In this document: positions 49,473 through 60,863 of the stretch, piece after piece
How positions within the stretch are numbered: position 1 is the first letter of the stretch
Layout: each line of letters begins with the position of its first letter
Assembly: GCA_963712745.1 (NCBI GenBank)
Contig: CAVQJC010000011.1
Location: forward strand, 64,001-128,000
DNA: 64,000 nt
Direction of reading: 5' to 3'
Source of the DNA: an uncultured Chloroflexia bacterium
GTDB taxonomy: Bacteria; Chloroflexota; Limnocylindria; Limnocylindrales; CSP1-4
Notes under the pieces: model-generated
Databases searched by the model: none
Told to the model about the DNA's origin: nothing
Seen by the model: only the letters and a program-made list of their open reading frames with translations
Translations under genes and position numbers: made by a program

Positions 49473-49553
49473 CTTGACGCAGTCGACGTGTCGATCCTGT
49501 GATGGACCTCACAGCTGGAGTCCCGCCCCTGGCTCACGACGCCCGGCCGAGCC

Positions 49554-50936
49554 TCAGCGCAGCAGGAAGCCTTTGCCTAGATGGTCGCGTTCGTCGAGGA
49601 CGAAGCGGCTGTGCCCCGTGACGTAGCCGTTGCCGGCCACGCTGGTGATGACGGCGGCGTGCTCGCCGAGCGTGGCCGTGCCTTCGACGCGCGCGGTGAA
49701 GGACTCGCCGGTGATGCTGGCATTGACGAGCGTATCGCCGATCTCCGAGGCGCCCAGCGCGTAGCGGGCCGCCAGCAGGGCCGACGTGCCCGAGCCGCAG
49801 GGGGAGCGGTCGACCTCGGCATCGGCGAAGACGGTGACGTTGCGGATGGTGGCCTCGGCCGCGAGCCCGTCAGGCGATGTCGAGGGCTCGCTGTCGACGA
49901 GGATGGTGCCGTAGACGAAGCCCAGCGATGGTTCGGTCGGATGGGTCGGCGGATGGTCGCGTCGCAGTGCCTCGGTGATGGCGGCGCCGGCTCGGGTCAG
50001 CTGCTCGATCTGCTCGGGCACCACGCGCATGCCCAGCTCGGCCACGTCGACGATGCCGTAGTAGGCCCCACCGAAGGCGAGCTGCACGGCCAGGCCCTTG
50101 CGTTCGGCGGCGGCTCCGAAGAGCCGCACACCCCGCGGTCGCATGACGAGACCCTCTGCGTGCAGGTAAGAGGGCACGTTCCGGAAGCGCACCGAGCGCA
50201 CGACCGGCTCTGCGCCCACGCCCACGCTGACCTCGGCGGCTGCGCTCACCAGGCCGGCCGGCGTCTCCCAGCGGATCTCGGTGGTAGGCGTGGTGGCCGG
50301 GTAGAGCCCCTCCTCGATGAGGCCCTGCGTGAGCGCGATGATGCCGTGTCCGCACATCGTGCTGTATCCCTGGTTGTGCATGAAGAGCACGGCGACGTCG
50401 GCATCCTCGCGCACCGCCGGCAGTAGCACCGCGCCGTACATGTCGCGGTGCCCGCGAGGCTCATACATGAGCATCTGGCGGATGTGGTCGGCGTGTTGCT
50501 GCACCCAGGCGCGGCGCTCCTCGATGGGCAGCGGCGGCACCTTCGGGTAGCCCGAGCGGATGAGCCGCAGCGGCTCACCCGCACAGTGCAGGTCGAGCGT
50601 CTCAACGACCACGCGTGAAGCGTCGCGCTCACGTGCCTGGCCCGGCGTCCACGGCAGCGGCCGGCTCGCGACCGCGGCCTCACGGCGGCCGGGCCGCGCG
50701 TCATCGGTTCCCTGCTCCTCGAAGAAGGCCCCCTTGTCCTCGGCGACGGACTGGAACACGACCGTGAGCACGTGCTCGTCGCCCTCCGATCCCCAGCGCC
50801 GGGACTTGGGCTCCCAGCCGCGGCTGGCAGCCTGCTGACGCTCGCGCAGGTAGGAGCGCTCGGCGGAGGCGCGGTCGGCAGCCGCGTAGGTGCGGATGAC
50901 CTGACTCGTCGAACCCCTAGCGCTCGTCCTCGCCAT
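49554..50936 (-). CDS. Proline racemase/hydroxyproline epimerase family protein with N-terminal extension
   Basis: H.AGEPLR, EPRGH.DMYG, MCGHG, DRSPCGSG (Cys/Cys pair). Confidence 0.88.
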   Translation of the reverse strand: MARTSARGSTSQVIRTYAAADRASAERSYLRERQQAASRGWEPKSRRWGSEGDEHVLTVVFQSVAEDKGAFFEEQGTDDARPGRREAAVASRPLPWTPGQARERDASRVVVETLDLHCAGEPLRLIRSGYPKVPPLPIEERRAWVQQHADHIRQMLMYEPRGHRDMYGAVLLPAVREDADVAVLFMHNQGYSTMCGHGIIALTQGLIEEGLYPATTPTTEIRWETPAGLVSAAAEVSVGVGAEPVVRSVRFRNVPSYLHAEGLVMRPRGVRLFGAAAERKGLAVQLAFGGAYYGIVDVAELGMRVVPEQIEQLTRAGAAITEALRRDHPPTHPTEPSLGFVYGTILVDSEPSTSPDGLAAEATIRNVTVFADAEVDRSPCGSGTSALLAARYALGASEIGDTLVNASITGESFTARVEGTATLGEHAAVITSVAGNGYVTGHSRFVLDERDHLGKGFLLR

Positions 50937-51033
50937 CGTCTGTGCCGGCCTCCGCAGGGGTGGCGCGACGGGACCGCGCCACTGGTGGTCATGATAGCCA
51001 GCCACGCCGTCCCGATTGGCGTACCGTCACTGC

Positions 51034-52092
51034 ATGAGCGAGTACGCATCCCACGAACTGCAACAGCTGCGGCGGCGCATCGGCGACGTCTCGCAGCTCG
51101 TCTCCACTCGCGCCGCGCGCCTGGCCGATGGCAACGAGGACGGGCTTCGCATCGTCGATGCCCGTGCCGCCGGCGGCCTGTCGGCCACGATCCTGGCCGA
51201 CCGCGGCCTTGACCTCGGCGCTGTCTGGGCAGCCGGTCACCAGGTCGGCTGGCAGTCCACCACCGGTGCGGTCCATCCCGCCTATTTCCACGAAGCCGAC
51301 TGGTTGCGCTCCTTCCACGGCGGCATGCTCACCACCTGCGGCCTGCAGAACGTGGGCCTGCCCTCCGACGACGAGGGCACCAGCCACGGGCTCCACGGGC
51401 GCATCTCCAACATCCCGGCGCACAACGTGGCTCATCGGGTCATCGAGGAGGACGGCCGGCTGGTGGCGGAGGTCACCGGCGAGCTGCGCGAGACGGACGT
51501 CTTCGGGGCCGACCTGCTGCTCCGCCGTCGCATCACGCTGCCGATGGGTGAGACCGTCCTCCACGTCGAAGACGAGGTCATCAACGGGGGGCATGCCCCG
51601 GCCGCGCTGATGATCCTCTATCACCTGAACCTGGGCTACCCGGTCGTGGCTGAGGGTGCCCGCCTCATCACGCCCCGCGCTGAGGTCACGCCACGTGACG
51701 CGGCCGCGGCCGGCGGCATGGACGAACGAACCACGTTCCCGGCGCCACAGGACGGCTTCGTCGAGCACGTCTTCCGCCACGAGCTGGCGCCCACCGATGC
51801 CGAGCGTGTGAGCGCCTCGATCGTCAACCCAGTGTTCGGACCCACCGGCGGCATCGGGCTCACGGTCAGCTGGGATCCCCGACAGCTGCCGCTCATGTGG
51901 CAGTGGCGGATGCTCGGTCCGGGGATGTACCTCACCGGACTCGAGCCGGCCAACTGCGGGCTGGCTGGTCGGGCTGCCGAGCGCGAGGCGGGAACGCTGC
52001 AGATGCTGGAGCCTGGCCAGTCCCGTCGCTCGGGCGTTTCCATCCGCGTCTCGCTCGGTGATGAGGCGGTCGCGCTCGCCGGAGGCGCCTGA
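51034..52092 (+). CDS. Aldose 1-epimerase family protein (DUF4432-like)
   Basis: DRGLD, F.GG.L.TCG, HGLHGRIS, LYHLN.G, GLEP. Confidence 0.82.
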   Translation: MSEYASHELQQLRRRIGDVSQLVSTRAARLADGNEDGLRIVDARAAGGLSATILADRGLDLGAVWAAGHQVGWQSTTGAVHPAYFHEADWLRSFHGGMLTTCGLQNVGLPSDDEGTSHGLHGRISNIPAHNVAHRVIEEDGRLVAEVTGELRETDVFGADLLLRRRITLPMGETVLHVEDEVINGGHAPAALMILYHLNLGYPVVAEGARLITPRAEVTPRDAAAAGGMDERTTFPAPQDGFVEHVFRHELAPTDAERVSASIVNPVFGPTGGIGLTVSWDPRQLPLMWQWRMLGPGMYLTGLEPANCGLAGRAAEREAGTLQMLEPGQSRRSGVSIRVSLGDEAVALAGGA

Positions 52093-52181
52093 CCATCCGT
52101 CCATGACCCCGTGCGCGGGCTTCGTGCTACGGTCGCGAGCGACCACCCACCAGGACATCGAGCTGCGCAGGAGGGCTGACC

Positions 52182-52592
52182 ATGCCCGGACCAGGCCTTG
52201 ACCTCGTCGGCGCCGAGGAGCTCGCCGAGGTCGCCGAGGTCATCGAGAGCGGGCACCTCTCGCGCTATGGGCCCGATGACGAGACGTTCCCGGCCAAGGT
52301 CCGACGCTTCGAGGAGGCGGTCGCCGAGCAGGCCGGCGTCAAACACGCCCTCGCGCTCAACTCCGGCACGAGCGGGCTGTACCTTGCCCTCACCGGGCTC
52401 GGGATCGGCCCGGTGAACGAGGCTGGCATGCTCCCCGCCACGGACGCCTTGCTTTCGCGTTCCATGAGCTTCGCCATCGGGGTGGTCGACCCCAACCTTG
52501 CGCCGTTCGGTTTGCGCATGCGCGACAACGACGAGACGGCTCGGCGCCGGGCGGAGCAGTTCATCGAGGTCTACCGCGAGGTCCTGGCCTGA
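52182..52592 (+). pseudogene. DegT/DnrJ/EryC1 aminotransferase with a large in-frame internal deletion
   Basis: N-terminus (VIESG.L..Y...FEE...ALNSGT.GL..AL..LGIGP) joined directly to a C-terminal-like segment (LPATDALLSRS); PLP-Lys region absent. Confidence 0.65.
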
Positions 52593-52615
52593 ACCGGATC
52601 TCCGAGCGACCCTCC

Positions 52616-53722
52616 TTGCCATCTCAAGGCCGCCTCCGGTTCCTTGGCGCGGTGCTGGTGCTCGGCCTGGTCGCCGGTGCCTGCGTGACCGCGCGATCTG
52701 ACGGGCAGGGGCAGGCCTCACCGTCGGCCGAGCCATCCGCGGCGACCCCGGCCGCATCCGCCCTCATCGCCCCCGGCGCCAGCCCGGCCGTGGGTGCCTC
52801 CGAACCGGCCATCTCTCCCTCGCCGGGTCCGTATCGCAGTGCCGAGCTCAGCATCGGCTACATCTCACTAGACGGATCGCAGGCCTTCGCCCAGGCCGTG
52901 AGTACAGGCATCCGGGCGGCAGCGGAGGGAGCGGGTGTCGACCTGGTCGAGTGCGACTCGGGCTGGACGCGCGAGGGTGTCAGCCGTTGCGCGTCGGAGC
53001 TGTCGGAGGCCGGTGTGCACGGCGTGATCAGCTTCCAGCCCTTCGCCGACCTCGCCGCGGACGTGTGCGTCGCCATCGGCGATGCCCCGACGGTGGGCAT
53101 CGTCTATGACCAGGGTCCGTGCCAGGTATCGCTGCTGAGCATCGACCAGACCGAGGCCGGGCGGCTGGGCGGGCGCGCGCTGGGGCAACTCGCGTCGGAG
53201 CGTTGGGGGTGCCAGGTCCGGGCGCTCATCGGGCTCGCTTCCGGTGAGGGCGACCCTATCGGAGGAGCCCGCATGGATGGCTACCGCGAGGGCTACGAGG
53301 AGCACTGTGAGCTGCCCCTGGAGACACGGGCGCTGCCCGATGCACAGCATCTGGTGACCGCCAAGACGCAGCTGGCTCGGGTGCTGGAGGAGATCAAGGG
53401 CCAGCCCATCCTCGTGGCCGGGGTGAGCGACAGTGCCGTCCTCGGGGCGATGACGGCGGCTTCCGACCAGCGTCGCGCCAAGCACGTCTGGTATGCGGGT
53501 CAACTGGCCGAACCGGAGATCCGCGGGGTCATCGCCTGCGGTGAGCATGTGGTGGGCTCGGTGGGCCAGTTCCCAGAGCGTTTCGGCGCGACCGTGGTAC
53601 CCACGCTCCTCGATGCCATCGAGGGCCGGGAGGTCCCCGCGGAGCTGGACGCGGAGCTGGAGTTGGTGACCTCGGCCAACGTTCGGCAGCTATTCCCCGA
53701 TACGCCAGCCTGCGACGAGTAG
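52616..53722 (+). CDS. Periplasmic-binding-protein-like lipoprotein (sugar ABC SBP fold)
   Basis: Lipobox LVAGAC, FAQAV..GI..AA, DQ.EAG, ARMDG, SV.QFP; no ABC partners adjacent. Confidence 0.72.
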   Translation: MPSQGRLRFLGAVLVLGLVAGACVTARSDGQGQASPSAEPSAATPAASALIAPGASPAVGASEPAISPSPGPYRSAELSIGYISLDGSQAFAQAVSTGIRAAAEGAGVDLVECDSGWTREGVSRCASELSEAGVHGVISFQPFADLAADVCVAIGDAPTVGIVYDQGPCQVSLLSIDQTEAGRLGGRALGQLASERWGCQVRALIGLASGEGDPIGGARMDGYREGYEEHCELPLETRALPDAQHLVTAKTQLARVLEEIKGQPILVAGVSDSAVLGAMTAASDQRRAKHVWYAGQLAEPEIRGVIACGEHVVGSVGQFPERFGATVVPTLLDAIEGREVPAELDAELELVTSANVRQLFPDTPACDE

Positions 53723-53826
53723 GGTCACGCTCGGGTAAGGTAGCGCCACGTTGGTGTCCGCGAACGTCGGCCACGAGGAGGCCGCACGGCGTTGACGCAC
53801 CCGGCAAGGGGCAGGAGGGACAAGCC

Positions 53827-55064
53827 TTGGATAGCACTCGGACCCGCATCACTCGCTTGAGCAAGTGGTCGGCGCTCATCGCCACCGGCGCGTTCCTGGT
53901 CATCGCTTGCCGGCCGGAGGATCCGACGCCCGCGCCCACCGAGCCTCCGTCCGAGGCGCCCAGCACCGTCCCGTTGTCCGCGACCATCGAGCCGACCGCC
54001 GAGCCCACGCCCGAGCCGACCGCCGAGCCCACGCCGGAGCCGACCGCCGAGCCGACCCCCGAGCCCACGCCCGAGCCGACCGCCGAGCCGACCGCCGAGC
54101 CCACGCCCGAGCCGACCGCCGAGCCGACCGCCGAGCCCACGCCCGAGCCCACGCCCGAGCCGACCGCCGAGCCCACGCCCGAGCCCACGCCGGAGCCGAC
54201 CGCCGAGCCCACGCCGGAGCCGCACGCCGGAGCCGACCGCCGAGCCCACGCCCGAGCCGACCCCCGAGCCGACCGCCGAGCCCACGCCCGAGCCCACGCC
54301 GGAGCCCACGCCGGAGCCGACCGCCGAGCCCACGCCGGAGCCCACGCCCGAGCCGACCGCCGGAGCCCACGCCCGAGCCCACGCCCGAGCCGACCGCCGA
54401 GCCCACGCCCGAGCCCACGCCGGAGCCGACCCCGGAGCCCACGCCGGAGCCGACCGCCGAGCCCACGCCCGAGCCGACCCCGGAGCCGACCGCCGAGCCG
54501 ACCCCGGAGCCGACCCCCGAGCCCACGCCCGAGCCGACCCCCGAGCCCACGCCCGAGCCGACCCCCGAGCCGACCCCCGAGCCGACCCCCGAGCCGACCC
54601 CCGAGCCGACCGCCGAGCCAGTTGCCAGCGCGGAACCGTTGTCCAGTGGAGACCCCGTGGCCATCTCCGGGCCGGCAGTCACCGGCATGATCGTGCTGCC
54701 CGACGGGACCGAGCTGCCGGCCGATGCCACCTGGACGGTCGAACTGCAGGACACCTCGCTCGCCGATGCCCCGGCCGTGGTCATGGGCACGGACACAGGC
54801 GTCGTCGAGGACATGATGGCGACCGAGATCCCGTTCGTGGTCAGCTACGACCCGGCGTCCATCGACGAGCGCTTCATCTACACGCTGAGCGCCAGGGTGG
54901 AGGACATCGACGACACCCTGCTGTACATCAACGACACCATGACCCCCGGTCTCGTCGAGGGCGAGCCGCTGCAGGACGTGGCCGTGGAGGTCATCGACGT
55001 CCAAGCCGCAACAGCCGCGGCGGAGGAGATGATGGCCGAGGCCGAGGAGAGCCCCGAAGCGTAG
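53827..55064 (+). pseudogene. YbaY-family lipoprotein with long EPTP/EPTA linker, frameshifted in the repeat (possibly sequencing error)
   Basis: Lipobox FLVIAC in one frame; YbaY-like domain ([12 protein letters not shown]...PF..SYDP..ID...Y.LSAR) in another; two 13-bp repeat units near 54223 and 54362. Confidence 0.75.
53988..54620 (+). repeat. 12-bp tandem repeat array (GAGCCSACSSCS, about 52 units) encoding EPTP/EPTA
   Basis: Read directly from the sequence. Confidence 0.95.
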
Positions 55065-55329
55065 GTCGTCGTGGCACGTGCCGCGCGCGTATCTCAGCGC
55101 ACGAACCGATATCCCTGCGCGACTCCGGTCCGTCCGAACGAGCGCCTCAGCAGGGGTAGACTGGTCCCGCCGCCGGGGGCCGGATGGTGCGCGCGTGGGG
55201 GAAACATGGCACGCGTCCCGCGACTGCCGCAGAGCATATCGTTGAGCGGAACACCTCCGTGCCCAACCTTGCCCCAGATCATACGAGAGGGAGGCTAACG
55301 CCCGTGCTCGCCAAGAGGTACCCCCGCTG

Positions 55330-57408
<2,079 letters not shown>

Positions 57409-57435
57409 CCGGCGCGGCCTACCTCGCAAACAAGG

Positions 57436-57470
57436 CGGGCGCCGGAATCACCGGCGCCCGTTTCGTTGTT
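57436..57470 (+). terminator. Intrinsic terminator after hppA
   Basis: CGGGCGCCGG-AATCA-CCGGCGCCCG hairpin followed by TTTCGTTGTT. Confidence 0.78.
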
Positions 57471-57546
57471 CGTGGCTGGGCTGTCCCACCTCGATGGTCG
57501 ACCGGCGTCCGTGGAGACAGGCGACCCGTGATCGGCACACATCGCG

Positions 57547-58230
57547 ATGCCCGCGAATGGCACCGACTACGATGTACCCACGATGGAACGAAGCCTCTAC
57601 TACGTCCGACTCTTCCCCGGCACCGAGGAGCGGTACGACCGGCTCCATGCCGACATCCCGGGGGCCGTCGCCCGGGGCATGACCGAGGCCGGCCTCTCCA
57701 ACGTCAGCGGTTGGCGCCGCGGCACCGACGTGTGGTGGTACGCCGAGGCCGAGCCGGACCGTGACACGGCCTTCTCACGCGCAGGCAAAGGCGTGGTCAA
57801 CCAACGCTGGGGCCACCAGTTCCGCGACATCATCGCCGAAATCCAGGCGCCAGAAGGCGGACAGATCTGGTACGACGAGATCTTCCACACCGACGCGCCG
57901 GCGCCGGCCGGGCCGCACGAGCGCGGATTCTTCAGCCTCGTCATCGACCCCCACAAGGCCGAGCTCTACGACCGGCTCCACGCGGAGCCCTGGCCGGAGA
58001 TGATCGAGGCCATCGCCGAGGCCGGCTACCGTGACTACACCGGCTTCCGCCGCGGAGCCCACGTCGTCTACTGCGGGCGCTACCACCCCGACTTCGCGAC
58101 GGTCATCGACCGTATCAACCAGACCGACGTGGCGGCGCGCTGGGGTGCGGCGCTCGACGGCGTGATCACCACCTTCACCGACGAGGACGGGCGCAACTTC
58201 AGCGCCGCCGAGGTCTACCACCAGGACTAG
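57547..58230 (+). CDS. Tandem L-rhamnose-mutarotase-like domain protein (start may be 57582)
   Basis: Two internal repeats YDRLHA...AG...G(W/F)RRG...RWG; the second has HAEPWPEM. Confidence 0.75.
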   Translation: MPANGTDYDVPTMERSLYYVRLFPGTEERYDRLHADIPGAVARGMTEAGLSNVSGWRRGTDVWWYAEAEPDRDTAFSRAGKGVVNQRWGHQFRDIIAEIQAPEGGQIWYDEIFHTDAPAPAGPHERGFFSLVIDPHKAELYDRLHAEPWPEMIEAIAEAGYRDYTGFRRGAHVVYCGRYHPDFATVIDRINQTDVAARWGAALDGVITTFTDEDGRNFSAAEVYHQD

Positions 58231-58339
58231 GACACGAGGCGCAGCGGCCTAGGACCTGCGCAGGACCTCGCGTCGCCCGACCCGCCGCCAGATGACATGA
58301 GCCCCGGCATCGCCTGGCCCGGTCGATCCTGCACGAGGG

Positions 58340-58768
58340 CTACTCTTCGTCGGGGTCGAGGGCGATCGAGACCGAGTTGATGCAGTAGCGCTGGCCGGTG
58401 GGGTTGGGTCCGTCCTCGAAGACATGGCCCAGGTGACCGCCGCAACTCGCGCACATGGCCTCCGTGCGGACCATGCCGAAGGAGCTGTCGGTCTCATACG
58501 CGATAGCCCCCGGTTCGGCCGGCTGCCAGAAACTGGGCCAGCCCGACCCGGAGTCGTACTTGGTGTCCGAGGCGAAGAGCTCGGCGCCGCAGCCCGCACA
58601 GCGGTATGTCCCGGCGCGCTTCTCGTCGACATACTCGCCGGTGAAGGCGCGTTCGGTGCCCTTCTCGCGGAGGATGCGGAATTGCTCGGGCGTGAGGCGC
58701 TGGCGCCATTCGGCCTCGGTCTGGGGCATGGGAGTCGTCGGATCCTGGGGAGCCTGCTCGTCAGTCAT
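58340..58768 (-). CDS. msrB: Peptide-methionine (R)-S-oxide reductase
   Basis: [37 protein letters not shown]. Confidence 0.96.
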   Translation of the reverse strand: MTDEQAPQDPTTPMPQTEAEWRQRLTPEQFRILREKGTERAFTGEYVDEKRAGTYRCAGCGAELFASDTKYDSGSGWPSFWQPAEPGAIAYETDSSFGMVRTEAMCASCGGHLGHVFEDGPNPTGQRYCINSVSIALDPDEE

Positions 58769-58808
58769 GGCCACAGCCTACCGCTCGGGCGTGACGCACC
58801 GATGACCG

Positions 58809-59654
58809 TCACTCGTCCAGCCACGGTCGCTCGTCGCTCGGCGGGTCCCAGCTGGGGATCGGCGCCTGCAGCGGGTCGTCGATCCAGCAGAACTCGCCGT
58901 TCGTGTCGGCGCCCGCCTCCGAGGTGAGATGCAACACCAGGGCCACGGCCTTCTCCGGCGGGTCGCCCCCGGTCGCCTCGACCCAGTCCGCCCAGGCCAG
59001 GTAGTTCTCGGCCACGCTGCCGAGCCCGGCCACGCGCTCGCGGATGTCGGCCCACATGGCGGTCTTGACGTCTCCGGGATGGATGACGTTGGCGGTCACG
59101 CCCGAGCCGGCGATCTCCGCGGCCAGGTGACGGGTGAACTGGTTGAGCGCTGCCTTGGCCGTGCCGTAGGCGCTGTTGATGGGCCCGGGCGGATGGAGCG
59201 ATGCGGCCGAAGTGACGTTGACGATGCGACCCCAGCCGGCGTCGAGCATGCCCCCGACGAAGGCGTTGGCGGTGAAGAACGGGGCCACCGCGTCGACCAT
59301 GATGGTCCGCGCCCAGTGCTCCGGGTCGGCGTCGCGCACGAGGTCGATGGGCCCGAAGATGCCAGCCGCGTTGACGAGGATCGAGGGGCTGCCGAAGCGA
59401 TCAGCCACATCACGCTCGAGCGCCGCCACAGCCTGGTGGTCGGACACGTCGCAGGCGATCGCGGCCACGCTCCCGCCGTCAGCCTCTGCCAGCCGCTCGG
59501 TCTCGCGCAGCTGGTCGGCCGAGCGTGCCACCGCCACCACCCGGTCGCCTCGAGCGGCGAGGCCGAGAGCGAACGCCTGTCCCAGGCCGCGGCCGGCCCC
59601 CGTCACGAGGGCCAGGCGTGGGCCCGCCTGTTGCTTCGAACGCTGATCGGTCAC
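58809..59654 (-). CDS. SDR family oxidoreductase
   Basis: TGAGRGLG, NAAG, YGTAK, HPG. Confidence 0.9.
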   Translation of the reverse strand: MTDQRSKQQAGPRLALVTGAGRGLGQAFALGLAARGDRVVAVARSADQLRETERLAEADGGSVAAIACDVSDHQAVAALERDVADRFGSPSILVNAAGIFGPIDLVRDADPEHWARTIMVDAVAPFFTANAFVGGMLDAGWGRIVNVTSAASLHPPGPINSAYGTAKAALNQFTRHLAAEIAGSGVTANVIHPGDVKTAMWADIRERVAGLGSVAENYLAWADWVEATGGDPPEKAVALVLHLTSEAGADTNGEFCWIDDPLQAPIPSWDPPSDERPWLDE

Positions 59655-59691
59655 GGCTGCATTCTAGGCCGGGCCTGGCCCCGAAACGGCC

Positions 59692-60023
59692 TCACTCGGT
59701 GCTGCTGCTCCAGTCGCCGACATCGCCACTCCGCAAGCCGTCCAGGATGGTCAAAGCCACCCCGGACAGCTGTTGGGGCGTGAGGCCGCGCAGGTCCGGG
59801 CAGTCGCCCCAGGTCCGCTCCCTGGGTCCGACCTTTAGGACTCGGCCTCAAGGACGCGGATCATCGTCACAACCGTGGGGTCGTTGGGCCGCACGAACAG
59901 GTGGCCCTCATCACTCCCGACCCAGTCGCTGGGTGCGGACGGGTCCTGGGCTGCGGCCGCGGCGGGTGTCACGAGAAGCGCGATGGCGCGCAAGGGAAGG
60001 CTGAATCGGCGGGTCAGGGTCAC
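59692..60023 (-). pseudogene. Possible degraded small secreted protein
   Basis: 62-aa ORF with signal-peptide-like start (LRAIALLVTPAAAAAQD), plus an off-frame continuation to a stop near 59692. Confidence 0.3.
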
Positions 60024-60141
60024 GAGTCGATCCTCCGACTGGGAGTGGCCGGGTGCTCAGCGGAACCTAGCACGACCTGCGCCGCGGTCGACATGACCTC
60101 CAGTGCGCGCGTCGCCATCCTGTCGGTGCGACGATAGGGGC

Positions 60142-60516
60142 ATGACCCTCGTCTTCATCGCCATCGGCGGCGCGGCCGGCGCCGTCTCGCGTTGGCTCGT
60201 CCAGGGCTGGGTGCAGGACCTGGCCGGCGGCCGGTTTCCCTGGGGGACGTTCGCGGTCAACATCTCGGGCTCGTTCCTGCTCGGGCTCGTGTTCGCCCTG
60301 GCCATGGATCGCGCCATCCTGGCACCGGAGATCCGCGTGCCGCTGATGGTCGGCTTCATCGGCTCCTACACCACGTTCTCGACGCTCATGCTCGAGTCCT
60401 GGCTGCTGGTGGAGGAGGGCGACATCATGCCCCTGCTCGGCAATCTGCTCGGCTCCGTCCTCATCGGCATGGTCGCGGTGGTAGCCGGGCTCGCGGTCGG
60501 GAGGCTACTGCCATGA
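60142..60516 (+). CDS. crcB: Fluoride efflux channel (Fluc)
   Basis: GGAAGAVSR, FPWGTF.VN..GSF, GFIGSYTTFST. Confidence 0.94.
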   Translation: MTLVFIAIGGAAGAVSRWLVQGWVQDLAGGRFPWGTFAVNISGSFLLGLVFALAMDRAILAPEIRVPLMVGFIGSYTTFSTLMLESWLLVEEGDIMPLLGNLLGSVLIGMVAVVAGLAVGRLLP

Positions 60517-60863
60517 GGATCGACGGACCTGCGCTGCTGGCGCGCATCTACATCGGCGAGTCGGACCACTGGGAGGGCAAGCCGCTTTACGAGGCCATCG
60601 TGCTCAAGCTGCGGGAGCGCGGCGTGGCCGGAGCCACCGTCCTGCGCGGCATCGAGGGCTACGGCCGCGCCGCCCGCCTCCACACGGCGCACATCCTGCG
60701 CCTGTCTGGCGACCTGCCCATCCTCATCGAGGTCGTCGACCGCGAGGACCGACTGCGCGCGGTCCTGCCCGAGATCGACGCCATGGTCGAGGGCGGGCTC
60801 ATCACGCTCGAACACGTCGAAGTCATCGCCTATCGCGCACACGAAGGGGAGAACGCACCGTGA
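60513..60863 (+). CDS. DUF190 family (PII-like) protein
   Basis: RIYIGESD, AGATVLRGIEGYG, LS.DLP; typical crcB partner. Confidence 0.9.
   Translation: MRIDGPALLARIYIGESDHWEGKPLYEAIVLKLRERGVAGATVLRGIEGYGRAARLHTAHILRLSGDLPILIEVVDREDRLRAVLPEIDAMVEGGLITLEHVEVIAYRAHEGENAP

Noticed and set aside
60024-60141. Fluoride riboswitch upstream of crcB
   Set aside because: No GGCGATGG...CGCC consensus found in the sense orientation.
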